NCBI GenBank assembly: GCA_963706325.1
Contig: CAVPLT010000004.1
Location: forward strand, 896,001 to 960,000
Reading direction: 5' to 3'
From: an uncultured Nitrospiraceae bacterium
GTDB lineage: Bacteria; Nitrospirota; Nitrospiria; Nitrospirales; Nitrospiraceae
Length of the DNA stretch: 64,000 nt
This document shows, in pieces, positions 29,996 through 40,527 of this stretch; within the stretch, counting starts at the first letter, position 1; each line of letters starts with the position of its first letter. Both the position numbers and the translations under genes were made by a program. Below the pieces are notes generated by a model. The model saw only the letters and a program-made list of their open reading frames with translations. It did no database searches and was not told the origin of the DNA.

Positions 29996-30024
29996 TTGAC
30001 CGCTAGACGTCGGCTCGTTACAGT
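29996..30024 (+). promoter_or_regulatory. Putative sigma-70 promoter
   Basis: TTGACC-17 bp-TACAGT just upstream of ATG 30037. Confidence 0.5.
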
Positions 30025-30036
30025 GCGTCGTCAACG

Positions 30037-31026
30037 ATGTCTAACGAAGCACCTGCACCCCTTGGAATCGGACTGATCGGCCTCGGCCACCATGGCAGTC
30101 GATACGCCAGGCACATCCTGGCTGACCTCCCTGATGCTCGTTTGGCGGCTGTCAGCCGGCGGCGGTCGGATCAAGGGCATGGGCTAGCATTAGCTCGTGC
30201 CGTGCCATGCTATGCAGACTATCATGAGTTGATTGCCGACCCTCACGTGGAGGCGGTCGTGGTGGTTACGCCGCCGGCACTCAATCGGGACATTTGTCTA
30301 TCCGTGGCGCGGGCGAAGAAAGCCCTGTTGATTGAAAAGCCACTGGCCATCACCGCCGATGATGCACGTGCGATCGCGCGTGCGTCAGCCCAGTCCGGAC
30401 GGGTCATGATGACCGCGCATACCTTGCGGTTCGATGCCGCCATTGTTGCCCTTCGCGCGCGACAGTCGCAGGCCGGCGAGCTTCAATATCTCAACTTGGT
30501 CAGTCGAATGGAACCGCATGGGGTCAGTGAAGACATCCGGGGATTTGGCGGCCGCGGATGCTTGCTCGAAACCGGCATCCATTTGTTGGATTTAGTGCGT
30601 GTCCTGACGGCAGATGAAGTGCATACCGTCTCTTGCGACATGGACTTGGTGCCTCCGCATGGGGCGGAACGCCGGATTGTCGGCAGACTCACAACCAGTC
30701 ATGGCCTGGTATGTGCGCTGGATGTATCCCGGGTTTCGTCGGGACGAATCGGACGCATCGAATTGATCGGTGCGGCGGGACAGTTGTCAGCGGATTGGTG
30801 CGGGCAACGGCTGGTGCAGGTGTCTGCGCGGCATGGCGCCGGTGAATGGCCGACGGTCTCTGAGCCCACGGTGTTAGGAACGCTTCGCGCATTTGTGCGA
30901 TCCGTGCGAGCAGGCTTGCCGCCTCCGGTGACCATAGAAGACGGCAAGCGAGCCGTGGAAATAGCTGAGGCCTGTTATGCCTCGGCGCAGCAGGGCGGGC
31001 GTAGCGTGCCGGTCGAGTATGCCTGA
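30037..31026 (+). CDS. Gfo/Idh/MocA family oxidoreductase
   Basis: IGLIGLG Rossmann motif, EKPLA, GG-x-G-x-LLETGIH. Confidence 0.9.
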   Translation: MSNEAPAPLGIGLIGLGHHGSRYARHILADLPDARLAAVSRRRSDQGHGLALARAVPCYADYHELIADPHVEAVVVVTPPALNRDICLSVARAKKALLIEKPLAITADDARAIARASAQSGRVMMTAHTLRFDAAIVALRARQSQAGELQYLNLVSRMEPHGVSEDIRGFGGRGCLLETGIHLLDLVRVLTADEVHTVSCDMDLVPPHGAERRIVGRLTTSHGLVCALDVSRVSSGRIGRIELIGAAGQLSADWCGQRLVQVSARHGAGEWPTVSEPTVLGTLRAFVRSVRAGLPPPVTIEDGKRAVEIAEACYASAQQGGRSVPVEYA

Positions 31027-31027
31027 A

Positions 31028-31264
31028 TTACGTTTCCGCGACGATGTGCGTATCGGTTTCCTCCACCCCTTCGATGGCGTGAATGCGGGTAATCACGACA
31101 TCCGACAGGGCTCGTTCATCGGCCACATTGATAAATACAAAAATGTCAGGCTGACCGAAGCAGGCGTGAATTTGCTCGACGCCGGCAATGCTTTTTAACG
31201 CCGTTAGGACCGACTTGCCTTTCCCTGCCTTGACCTTGATGAGAATGTACGCTTTCGTTGCCAT
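31028..31264 (-). CDS. Lrp/AsnC ligand-binding-domain protein
   Basis: KAYILI...FGQPDI...IHAIEGVEETDTHIV. Confidence 0.85.
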   Translation of the reverse strand: MATKAYILIKVKAGKGKSVLTALKSIAGVEQIHACFGQPDIFVFINVADERALSDVVITRIHAIEGVEETDTHIVAET

Positions 31265-31338
31265 CATGCCTCCCTGTGGCTGAGTGTCATGGAACAATAG
31301 TGCGATCTATTCCGCCCGCGCCCATCAGCGCTCGGCGG

Positions 31339-32037
31339 TCATTCTGATTTGGCGCCGGGCATCTCCCGGCGGCGCTGTGCGTAGACCTCATGGAAGGTCT
31401 TCCCCTGTATCGACAAGGCAACAATGCTCTGCTGATATAACTGTTCGAGAACGTCGAAATCCGCCTTGCCGATATTGAACTCCCGGAACCCGGCGTCGAG
31501 ATCGATGGAACTCCAGGCGTTCGCAGGCCGCCCGGCTTCGATGACGGCCTCGAAGCTATCTGCGGACCAGCCGCTCCGTCGAAACGACGCTTCGACCTCC
31601 TCAGCGCGGTCGCCGAATTTCAGGCGATGCGCCTCTGTAAAAAACTGTTGGACCGCCGAGTGGTGACTTTTCAGGAATGCTGACTGAAATTGTATGACAG
31701 CTTTGATGATGCCGTTAGCTTGAGCAGTGCCTTCCGGCGGCAGGACGCCCGCATCATCAAACGTGGCAAGTAACGCCATGACCGACCCGATATACGGAGA
31801 CGGTGTCCGTGCTGGTTGCGCAGCCATAGGTGGTGTCACGGGCAGGGGGGGCTCTGTCCTTATTTGACCAGCTCCCATGGTAGGAAAGAGCATCAGAAAC
31901 AAGATGGTGAAAACAAAAGAATATGAGTCAAATGCACCGTTCCACCCTCTTGCATACCTGTTTGGCCGTGCTGAGGACATTAAAGAGGGGCATACCATGC
32001 TGGGGCAAGTCTCGATGCGTGACGGCATGGCGAGCAT
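31339..32037 (-). CDS. Exported hypothetical protein (start uncertain)
   Basis: Hydrophobic signal-like segment followed by a helical domain. Confidence 0.6.
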   Translation of the reverse strand: MLAMPSRIETCPSMVCPSLMSSARPNRYARGWNGAFDSYSFVFTILFLMLFPTMGAGQIRTEPPLPVTPPMAAQPARTPSPYIGSVMALLATFDDAGVLPPEGTAQANGIIKAVIQFQSAFLKSHHSAVQQFFTEAHRLKFGDRAEEVEASFRRSGWSADSFEAVIEAGRPANAWSSIDLDAGFREFNIGKADFDVLEQLYQQSIVALSIQGKTFHEVYAQRRREMPGAKSE

Positions 32038-32211
32038 TATACAGATCGGCAGCGGAGCACGCTACCGCGTGAAATGGAACCCTCCGTCGCCGAGGCATGA
32101 AATGATTGAATTCAGAAGTCGTGGCTGCCTATAATTCGGCCACTGGAGCAGGTTTTCAGCCTCTCTGATGCGGTGAGGCGCCGGTTTGAATAACGTGCCT
32201 GTGAGGGTATC

Positions 32212-33741
32212 GTGCTAGCGAATGTCTTAAGTGCGGCAATTGTCGGAGTCGACGCGCATCTGGTCGACGTGGAAGTCGACATTTCCTCCGGCCTTCCCCA
32301 GTTCTCCATTGTCGGACTTCCTGATGCCACCGTGCGGGAGAGCCGCGATCGAGTCCGCGCCGCGCTCAAAAACAGCGGGTTCCACTTTCCGGTGAAGAAG
32401 ATTACGGTGAATCTGGCGCCCGCGAATATCAAGAAAGAAGGCGCAGGTCTGGATTTGGCCATCGCGCTTGGCATCCTAGCGGCGGAGGAAATCATTCCTA
32501 CCGACGCGATTAAGGGTCATGTGTGTGTGGGAGAATTGTCCCTCGATGGCCGATTGAAGTCGATTCCGGGCGCACTCTCCATCGGCGTCGTTTGTCGTCA
32601 TCGTCATCGCGTGCTGATTTCAGCGGAGAACGCGGAGGAAGCGGCCCTTGTGGAAGGCACGGAAGTCTTTCCTATTCACACGTTGCCGGAGGCAGTGGAA
32701 TTCTTACGGGGCGCCCAGGCCATCGCTCCGATGGTGGTAGTGCGCAATGGCAAGTTCTCAGCCGGAGCTGTCGAGGATGAGGACTTTGCCGATGTGAAGG
32801 GACAAGCCCACGCGAAGCGGGCGTTGGAGGTGGCGGCCGCCGGAGGCCACAACCTTCTCATGGTGGGCCCGCCCGGCGCCGGCAAGACGATGCTGGCGCG
32901 GCGGCTTCCAGGAATTCTTCCATTATTGGTTCAAGATGAGGCGCTGGAAACCACCCGTATCCATAGCGTGGTCAGACAACTGTCGCAGGGGCAGCCGCTG
33001 ATGTATCGTCGTCCGTTTCGCGCTCCGCACCACAGCATTTCTGAAGCCGGCCTCATCGGTGGCGGATCGACACCCCGACCCGGGGAGGTTTCTCTGGCGC
33101 ACAATGGAGTATTATTTTTGGATGAGGCTGGGGAATTCGGTCGTGCGACGCTTGACGGTTTGCGGCAACCGCTCGAGGACGGCCATGTCACTGTGACACG
33201 CGCCAGCGGCTCTTTGCGATTTCCTGCGCGGTTCATGCTCGTGGCCGCGATGAATCCCTGTCCCTGTGGCTATTATGGCGACCGCACCAAGGACTGTGTC
33301 TGTAGCGCTGCTCAAGTCAGACGGTATCGAAGCCGGCTGTCCGGGCCCTTGTTGGATAGACTGGATCTGCAAATTGAGGTACCGGCGGTGCCGATCCGCG
33401 CTTTGGGCGACGACCTCCCGGCCACCGATTCGTCCGCGGCGATTAGAGCTCGTGTCCTGAATGCGCGGTCTTGTCAGGCAGCACGCTATCACGACGATGG
33501 AATTTATACCAATGCGCAATTGAAACCGCGCCATCTGAAGCAGTATTGTGCATTAGATCTCGCGGGGCGAGAATTGTTAGAGCAGGCCATGACGCGTCTG
33601 GGACTTTCAGCCCGTGCTCATGGAAGAATCCTCCGAGTCGCCAGAACTGTTGCCGATCTGGCTGAGTCTGCTAGTATCGGTCCATCGCATCTGGCTGAGG
33701 CTATTCAATATCGCAGCTTTGATCGACGGGTGGAATGGTGA
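32212..33741 (+). CDS. comM: YifB/ComM family Mg-chelatase-like AAA+ ATPase
   Basis: VGLPD-x-x-VRESRDRV, GPPGAGKT, PGEVSLAHNGVLFLDE, AAMNPCPCG, SGPLLDRLD. Confidence 0.93.
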   Translation: MLANVLSAAIVGVDAHLVDVEVDISSGLPQFSIVGLPDATVRESRDRVRAALKNSGFHFPVKKITVNLAPANIKKEGAGLDLAIALGILAAEEIIPTDAIKGHVCVGELSLDGRLKSIPGALSIGVVCRHRHRVLISAENAEEAALVEGTEVFPIHTLPEAVEFLRGAQAIAPMVVVRNGKFSAGAVEDEDFADVKGQAHAKRALEVAAAGGHNLLMVGPPGAGKTMLARRLPGILPLLVQDEALETTRIHSVVRQLSQGQPLMYRRPFRAPHHSISEAGLIGGGSTPRPGEVSLAHNGVLFLDEAGEFGRATLDGLRQPLEDGHVTVTRASGSLRFPARFMLVAAMNPCPCGYYGDRTKDCVCSAAQVRRYRSRLSGPLLDRLDLQIEVPAVPIRALGDDLPATDSSAAIRARVLNARSCQAARYHDDGIYTNAQLKPRHLKQYCALDLAGRELLEQAMTRLGLSARAHGRILRVARTVADLAESASIGPSHLAEAIQYRSFDRRVEW

Positions 33742-33968
33742 AGGAAACTGCCGTGCTCCGTACGGTACGAGTCTTTGCTTGGTGGTTCATCGTGGGTGCT
33801 ACCATGGCGCTGGCGGTGATTCTCTTGCAGGGAGGGATCCGCGAGGCGATGCAGGCACAAGGCTCCGTGTGGGAATTGAAACTGGTGGAGCTGTTGACGA
33901 CTGTTTTGGGCGGTGGGTTGTTGGGCGGATGTATCGCCTTGATCCTGGATCGCATCAAAAAATCATAA
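33735..33968 (+). CDS. Small two-TM membrane protein
   Basis: Overlaps the comM stop; two hydrophobic helices. Confidence 0.65.
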   Translation: MVKETAVLRTVRVFAWWFIVGATMALAVILLQGGIREAMQAQGSVWELKLVELLTTVLGGGLLGGCIALILDRIKKS

Positions 33969-34012
33969 ACGGGCACCTCGGGGGGTTCGCGCAGCATAAG
34001 GAGCAGCAGGCA

Positions 34013-34438
34013 ATGGATATTGAAGTCGGCTCGAATCTGTACCGAAATTCAAACGGCATCATCGATATCGAAGGGGTGCCGCAATTCGAAGTGGCCATTA
34101 AGGAGTCGACGCGGGCGCTGCTTGTAAACTTCGCGCTGTTCGACCACGTGGGACGGATGATGGCGAAAGTGGTCGACAGCAATCTGACCTTCAATGAACG
34201 ACGGGCCTATCAGCTCGCGAAAAGCCCAACGAGCGTCTCGTTGAAACATGAGGAGTCGGGGACAGTCGTGTTTACGCTGGAACTGCGTGAGGGCAATCGG
34301 GTGGTCTTCAGCCGAGGGACCTTCCACACCATCAAGGGTCACCAGCTTGATGTGTCTCAGACCGAGTGGCGCATCGATAAGAAGCACTTCAGCGGCAAGG
34401 AAGCCGATATGCAGGGAGGTTCAGTGTTCCTGGGATAG
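34013..34438 (+). CDS. Hypothetical beta-rich protein
   Basis: AAGGAG RBS, then MDIEVGSNLYRNSNG... Confidence 0.65.
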   Translation: MDIEVGSNLYRNSNGIIDIEGVPQFEVAIKESTRALLVNFALFDHVGRMMAKVVDSNLTFNERRAYQLAKSPTSVSLKHEESGTVVFTLELREGNRVVFSRGTFHTIKGHQLDVSQTEWRIDKKHFSGKEADMQGGSVFLG

Positions 34439-34492
34439 CGGCACAGCTCTGCCGAAGTACTCTCGCTACCGGACCCATGCTTCGGCAATCCC

Positions 34493-37087
34493 TTATGGCG
34501 CAACCGTGGGGACGATGATGATCTGGCCGTCTATCAAATCAACCATTGCCGTATCGCCGTCCCGCAGCTCGCCCTTGATTAATTGGCGGGCCATTGGGGT
34601 TTCAATCTCCTGCTGAATGAGCCGCTTCAACGGTCTGGCTCCATAGACCGGGTCATAGCCACGCTGGCCAAGATTTGCCAAAGCCGCCGGTGTCACCGTC
34701 AATGTAATCCGTCGCTCCGCCAACCGAGTGCGCAACCGCTCCAGCTGAATCTCGACAATTCGCGTCAAATGTTCCTGCCCCAGGGCGTGGAAGACGACGA
34801 TTTCATCCACTCGGTTCAAGAATTCAGGCCTGAAATGAGCCCGCAATTCGCCGGTGACTTGCGCTTTCATGGTTTCGTAGGAGGCGCCGGCCTGTTGGGC
34901 TTCGAGGATATGCTGACTGCCGATGTTCGAGGTCATGATCAGCACGGTGTTTTTGAAATCCACCGTGCGACCTTGCGAATCGGTGAGCCGTCCGTCATCG
35001 AGTACTTGCAAGAGGATATTGAAGACATCGTGATGCGCCTTTTCAATTTCGTCGAAGAGGATGACGGAGAAGGGGTGTCGCCGTACCGCTTCAGTGAGCT
35101 GACCGCCCTCTTCGTAGCCCACATAGCCGGGAGGGGCGCCGATCAGGCGAGCCACCGTGTGCTTCTCCATATATTCCGACATGTCGATGCGGATGAGATT
35201 GGACTCATCATCGAACAGCGTGGCCGAAAGCGCACGCGCCAGTTCCGTCTTGCCGACCCCTGTCGGCCCCAGGAACAAAAACGAGCCGATCGGTCGATTG
35301 GGATCTTTGATGCCTGACCGCGCCCGTAAGACGGCGTCAGCTACCGCTGTCACGGCCTGTTCCTGACCCACGACACGCGTGTGGAGGAGTTCGTCCAGCT
35401 TCAGCAGTTTTTCCATTTCACCTTCGACCAGACGGGTGACAGGAATGCCGGTCCACCGGCTGACGACGCCCGCAATATCTTCTTCGTCAACTTCTTCTTT
35501 CAACAGCCGCGTCTCGTTTTGCTTTTTGCCGAGGGACTGCTGTTCGAGTTCTAGTTCCCGCTCGAGTCGGGGAAGTTCGCCGTAGCGCAGTTCGGCGACT
35601 TTGTTCAGGTCGTACGCGCGTTCGGACCGCTCAATCATCTGTTTCACTTCTTCTATGTGCTGACGGATCTTTCTCAGCTTGCTCACCGAATTCTTCTCGG
35701 ATTCCCAACGAGTCTTCAAAGCCCCAAGATCGCGATTCTTCTCGGTCAATTCTCTTTCGATAGATTGCAGGCGCGCCTTGCTGCCCGCGTCCGTTTCCTT
35801 TTTGAGCGCTTCACGCTCGATTTCCAGTTGGAGCACTTTGCGTGAGACTTCATCGAGTTCGGCCGGCAAGCTATCGATCTCGGTTCGAAGGCGCGCGGCC
35901 GATTCGTCGACCAGATCGATCGCCTTGTCCGGCAGAAACCGATCGCCGATATACCGATTCGACAGCTTGGCCGCCGCCACAAGGGCGGCGTCCTTGATGC
36001 GGACGCCGTGGTGCACTTCGTAGCGCTCCTTCAAGCCGCGCAAGATTGAAATGGTGTCTTCCACGGAAGGCTGGTCCACAAGAACCGTTTGAAAGCGGCG
36101 TTCCAACGCCGCGTCTTTTTCGATATGTTTCCGATACTCGTCCAGAGTGGTGGCGCCGATTAGATGCATTTCACCTCGCGCCAGCATGGGCTTGAGCAGA
36201 TTGGCAGCATCCATGGCGCCTTCTGCTGCTCCAGCTCCGACGACCGTATGAAGTTCATCGATAAACAGCAGGACCTGGCCTTGCGCGGACTGAACTTCCT
36301 TGAGCACGGCTTTCAAGCGCTCCTCAAATTCACCCCGAAACTTCGCGCCGGCTACCAGCGCCCCCATATCGAGCACCACAACGCGCTTTTGCTTGAGTCC
36401 TTCCGGCACATCCCCTTTGACGATACGTTGCGCCAGACCCTCGACGATCGCCGTCTTGCCGACACCAGGTTCACCGATCAGGACGGGGTTGTTCTTGGTG
36501 CGTCGTGACAGAATCTGGATGGTCCGCCGGATCTCCTCGTCGCGACCGATGACTGGATCGAGCTTGCCCTGTCCGGCCAGCTTCGTGAGATCACGACCGT
36601 ATTTTTCGAGCGCCTGATACGTTCCTTCGGGATCTTGGCTCGTGACTCGTTGATTACCTCGGACCTGCTGCAACGCTGTGAGGACGCGCTCTCGGGTGAG
36701 GTTGAGCCGGCGAAACACACCGCCTTCTTCCACCATAGCCAGGATGATGTGTTCGACACTGAGAAATTCGTCACGTAACTCCTTCATCTGTTCTTCGGCT
36801 TTGGTGAGGAGGGCACTTAAGCGGGGAGTCAAGTGGATTTGCCCTGGCGCGGCGCCAGGGCCTTGCACTTGAGCCACTTTGGCGAGAGCTTGGTCGGCGG
36901 CTTGACGCACGGCACCCGGAGATACGCCCGCCTGCTCGAATAACGATCCCGCGATACCGCTCTCCTGTTCCAGCAGGGCCACGAGGAGGTGCTCGACATC
37001 AATGCCCTGGTGCCCGCGGCGCATGGCGAGGGCTGATGCGCTCTGCAGAGCCTCTTGAAGCTTGACGGTCATGCGGTTCATATCCAT
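34493..37087 (-). CDS. clpB: ATP-dependent chaperone ClpB
   Basis: Two Walker A motifs ([16 protein letters not shown]), coiled-coil middle domain, [20 protein letters not shown]. Confidence 0.97.
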   Translation of the reverse strand: MDMNRMTVKLQEALQSASALAMRRGHQGIDVEHLLVALLEQESGIAGSLFEQAGVSPGAVRQAADQALAKVAQVQGPGAAPGQIHLTPRLSALLTKAEEQMKELRDEFLSVEHIILAMVEEGGVFRRLNLTRERVLTALQQVRGNQRVTSQDPEGTYQALEKYGRDLTKLAGQGKLDPVIGRDEEIRRTIQILSRRTKNNPVLIGEPGVGKTAIVEGLAQRIVKGDVPEGLKQKRVVVLDMGALVAGAKFRGEFEERLKAVLKEVQSAQGQVLLFIDELHTVVGAGAAEGAMDAANLLKPMLARGEMHLIGATTLDEYRKHIEKDAALERRFQTVLVDQPSVEDTISILRGLKERYEVHHGVRIKDAALVAAAKLSNRYIGDRFLPDKAIDLVDESAARLRTEIDSLPAELDEVSRKVLQLEIEREALKKETDAGSKARLQSIERELTEKNRDLGALKTRWESEKNSVSKLRKIRQHIEEVKQMIERSERAYDLNKVAELRYGELPRLERELELEQQSLGKKQNETRLLKEEVDEEDIAGVVSRWTGIPVTRLVEGEMEKLLKLDELLHTRVVGQEQAVTAVADAVLRARSGIKDPNRPIGSFLFLGPTGVGKTELARALSATLFDDESNLIRIDMSEYMEKHTVARLIGAPPGYVGYEEGGQLTEAVRRHPFSVILFDEIEKAHHDVFNILLQVLDDGRLTDSQGRTVDFKNTVLIMTSNIGSQHILEAQQAGASYETMKAQVTGELRAHFRPEFLNRVDEIVVFHALGQEHLTRIVEIQLERLRTRLAERRITLTVTPAALANLGQRGYDPVYGARPLKRLIQQEIETPMARQLIKGELRDGDTAMVDLIDGQIIIVPTVAP

Positions 37088-37303
37088 GTGGCTCTCTCCT
37101 GGATGGAAGCATCTATCTATGACAGGTACATAATCACAACGACTAGCAAGTCAATAGCGTGTGTCGCATCACGTCTTGCTATTCGGTCCGAGGCAGAGTG
37201 ACGCCATGCGGACTTGACCTCCCAGGGTGATCCAGATTATGGTCCGCCTCCGAATAGTAAGCACCCGAGGTGAAAGCCAAGGCCCTCCGCGCCGTAGTCT
37301 CTG

Positions 37304-38134
37304 TTGCGACCGGTATTAATGTCATTGCTCACATCTACAGCGCACCTCTATCGTGACGCGATTCGTGCGACCGGCCGTTCCATCATGCGTGGCTGGGTGA
37401 TTATTCTCGCTGTCATCGTTTTCACGCTGATCATGTGGTTTGCCGGCACGGTGGCCCGACCACTAGGCATGGTTGGTGGGTTCATCATGGGTGCGGTGAA
37501 TGCACTCCTGATCGGTGCAACCCTGAGCTTGATCGCACAAGCGATTCAGGGTTTGCGAGGAATTACGGTCCGTGATGTCCTCGATAGTATGGGACATTAT
37601 TTTTGGGATGTGATCAGTGTAGGTTTCGTGCTGTGGATTCCCACCATGCTCCTGGACACAAGTCTGCAAGCGAATCCAAATAGCCAATTTTTGGTGACCG
37701 CCTGTCTGTTGTTGATCTTTATTCTGCTCAATCCCGCCCCGGAAGTCATCTACCTGACACGGCATGACTCGCCCCTTGATGTGTTAAAGCGCAGCTATGA
37801 TTTTGTGCTTGAGAACTGGATCGAATGGTTCCTACCCATGGCAGTGATCCTCGCTCCCCTAGGCCTTTCCTTGTTCTTTCAATTATCGAGTCGATTGGGG
37901 CGCGGAGCTGGGCTTGATTTTATTCAGCTGCTCCTTGTGCCTTTTACGGTGCTGACGAGTTGGCTGACCGACCTGGGAATTTCTGAGGGACTCACAGGAA
38001 GCATGGCGCTGGTGCTTACGCCGCCGCTCACGGTCGGTATGCTCCTGTTCCGCGGCCATTTGTTTGTCGCTTTATCCGCTACATCAAGGCGGCAGCGGTT
38101 GTATCAGTCGCAATTTCACGATTCCGCGCGCTGA
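37304..38134 (+). CDS. Multi-pass hypothetical membrane protein
   Basis: About six TM segments; LNPAPEVIY...F-x-x-ENWIEWF. Confidence 0.75.
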   Translation: MRPVLMSLLTSTAHLYRDAIRATGRSIMRGWVIILAVIVFTLIMWFAGTVARPLGMVGGFIMGAVNALLIGATLSLIAQAIQGLRGITVRDVLDSMGHYFWDVISVGFVLWIPTMLLDTSLQANPNSQFLVTACLLLIFILLNPAPEVIYLTRHDSPLDVLKRSYDFVLENWIEWFLPMAVILAPLGLSLFFQLSSRLGRGAGLDFIQLLLVPFTVLTSWLTDLGISEGLTGSMALVLTPPLTVGMLLFRGHLFVALSATSRRQRLYQSQFHDSAR

Positions 38135-38267
38135 GCCATCTCAGAGTGTTTGCTCACCACTCCGCAATTCGCATGAACTTTGGAACTTGTTGAGGCGATG
38201 CGCATAGTAGTGTATGGCTTAACCTACAGCAACCGCTCTGAATCATGCGCGTTTTTTAATAGGGAGG

Positions 38268-39749
38268 ATGCGCATCGTGCGCCTCTCCATTTTTTGGCGA
38301 CTCATTCTGACATATCTTGTCATCATTGGGGTGATGACGGCCGTCAATCTCTACGCATTATGGCAAATTCGGACATTGGCTGGGCTGAATACCGAAGTCG
38401 GCTCTCATCACCATCCCGAGATTGCCGCGGCTAAGCGGTTGCTCAACTCGTTCTATGAGCAAATACAAAGTGAGAGAAAGTATATGGCCGTCCAAGCGGC
38501 GACCTTTCTTGAACACTTTGACGAGGAAAGCAAAGAGTTTCAGCAGGTCTTGCACAGTTTACTCATACGCGACGCGCCCGAGCCGGAGACGAGATTGATC
38601 AAGGAAGTGGCGCGCCTTCAGCAGGCGCATGTGGCCCTATTTCACACACAGTTATCGCAAGCCCCAGCCCAGCAGTGGAAATTTGGGGAGGACTTTGATG
38701 AGAGACGCAATGCCCTTGCCGGTAGGATCTCGTCAACGTTGCGGGAATTCATCGGACTACATGAAGCCCGTATTGCGGTCGGAGTCGACGAGTCACGAGC
38801 CAGCTCCGTTCATGCAGAGTCCGTCACGCGGCAGCTAGTGCTGGTCGCACTCGTGTTCGGACTCGGTTTGGCGGCGGTCGCAAGTTACAATATCCTCCGA
38901 CCCCTGCGTCGGCTGCAAACGGTAATTAAGGAAATGGGTCAGGGAAACTTTCGGGCGTCATTGGATAGCCGGGCACCGCGCGAACTTCGAGAGTTGGGTG
39001 ACACCGTGAAATGGATGGGGACCAAACTTGAGGAGCTTGACGATATCAAGAGCGAGTTTCTTGCCCATGTGTCTCATGAACTTCGCACGCCGATGGCTTC
39101 TATCCAGGAGGGAACTCACCTCCTGCTCGATGAAATTCCAGGCCCCCTGACTCAGGACCAGCGGACGACATTGCGCATCATGTCCGATAGCAGTCGCAGA
39201 TTGATGCACCTCATTTCGACGATCTTGGATCTATCGAAGATGGAGGCGGGCATGATGGAATATCATTTTGCGCCGACAGAACTTAAGCGGGTTGCCGAGC
39301 TATCGGTCAACAAGATTCGGTTATTGGCGGATGCCAAACACGTGCAATTTCTGATTGACGCGCCAGTAGAACAGTATTGGGTTCGAGCAGATAGTTCAAG
39401 GATTGAGCAGGTACTGGACAATCTTTTGTCGAATGCGTTGAAGTATAGCAAGGATGGAGCCATGGTGAGGCTACACATGACGCCGGCCCACGACGAAGGG
39501 TTGCTGTTTGTCGCAGTCAGGGATTCAGGACCTGGCATACCGGCGGTCGAGCTTCCTCATATTTTTGAGCGATTTTATCAAGGCTGCATCAAGACGAAAC
39601 ATGCCTCTGTCGGCAGTGGGCTCGGGCTCGCCCTTGCAAAAAAAGTAGTGGAGGCCCATGGTGGCCGCATCTGGGTTGAGAGCGAAGTGGGGAAAGGAAC
39701 GACGGTGCGGTTTATTCTCAGTCTGACGAAAAGCGGAGTGTTGGTGTGA
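38268..39749 (+). CDS. Sensor histidine kinase, GlrK/QseE-like
   Basis: Two TMs, HAMP (PRELRELG), HVSHELRTP, NLLSNALKYS, DSGPG, GSGLGL. Confidence 0.9.
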   Translation: MRIVRLSIFWRLILTYLVIIGVMTAVNLYALWQIRTLAGLNTEVGSHHHPEIAAAKRLLNSFYEQIQSERKYMAVQAATFLEHFDEESKEFQQVLHSLLIRDAPEPETRLIKEVARLQQAHVALFHTQLSQAPAQQWKFGEDFDERRNALAGRISSTLREFIGLHEARIAVGVDESRASSVHAESVTRQLVLVALVFGLGLAAVASYNILRPLRRLQTVIKEMGQGNFRASLDSRAPRELRELGDTVKWMGTKLEELDDIKSEFLAHVSHELRTPMASIQEGTHLLLDEIPGPLTQDQRTTLRIMSDSSRRLMHLISTILDLSKMEAGMMEYHFAPTELKRVAELSVNKIRLLADAKHVQFLIDAPVEQYWVRADSSRIEQVLDNLLSNALKYSKDGAMVRLHMTPAHDEGLLFVAVRDSGPGIPAVELPHIFERFYQGCIKTKHASVGSGLGLALAKKVVEAHGGRIWVESEVGKGTTVRFILSLTKSGVLV

Positions 39750-40519
39750 TGCAACCTCTGGGAAGAGTAGGAATACTGCTTGCGCTGGCACTTTTAGAGG
39801 CGTGCACCACTCTTCCTGCTCCATCTTTTCAAGCTCCGTATTTCTCTTCTGGGGCCGATGCCACTAAGGTTTTGCAGGGGGTGATACGTAAGGAAAGCCA
39901 GCTAGCGGTTAAATGTGCTGGCAAGCCCACTTGTGATCATGTATTCTTCACCCGCGCTTTGGCAGCCTTGTATGAAAGTCGAGAGTCGGCTATTCACTAT
40001 TTTGAAAAGGTTATCGTTGTTGCTCCGAAAGGTCAGCTTGCTGTGTCAAGCCGACTCTGGTTGCAACTGTTGCACGCTGGTGATGTGCCTGCGGATCAAT
40101 CTTGGTTCCAAGCAATTTTGACAGGTCCCGCGACGGCCCGCACGCAAGCGCTTCTTTCGCAGACGGTCGAACAGACGGTCCACGACTTGCTCGATCGCGA
40201 GAGAACGATTCAGCAGTTGCGTGCCATGCAAGACAGTGAGGCTCAATCCATTGAGGCGCTGCAGCGCGACCTCCAAGATCAAGAGAGGAAGGCTGAACTT
40301 TTCAACTCCAGACGGGAGGGCCCGCGGATGTCGATCGAGCCTGTCACGCTACAGAACTTACAGCGACAACTCAGTGACCGCGATAAAAGGATCGAAGAGC
40401 TCGCGAGTCAGCTGGAAGCCCTCAAGCGTATTGATCAGGAAATGAGGGTTAAGACTCGTCCGATCAAACCTCCGTCTAATCTGATTCCTCCGCAATCCTC
40501 GGAATCACTTAAACCTTAA
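39746..40519 (+). CDS. Lipoprotein with C-terminal coiled coil, QseG-like
   Basis: Lipobox LEAC; QLEALKRIDQEM ending; located between kinase and regulator. Confidence 0.7.
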   Translation: MMQPLGRVGILLALALLEACTTLPAPSFQAPYFSSGADATKVLQGVIRKESQLAVKCAGKPTCDHVFFTRALAALYESRESAIHYFEKVIVVAPKGQLAVSSRLWLQLLHAGDVPADQSWFQAILTGPATARTQALLSQTVEQTVHDLLDRERTIQQLRAMQDSEAQSIEALQRDLQDQERKAELFNSRREGPRMSIEPVTLQNLQRQLSDRDKRIEELASQLEALKRIDQEMRVKTRPIKPPSNLIPPQSSESLKP

Positions 40520-40527
40520 GGATCGTC

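Noticed and set aside
37088..37300. CIRCE/HrcA operator upstream of clpB
   Set aside because: No TTAGCACTC-N9-GAGTGCTAA match seen.
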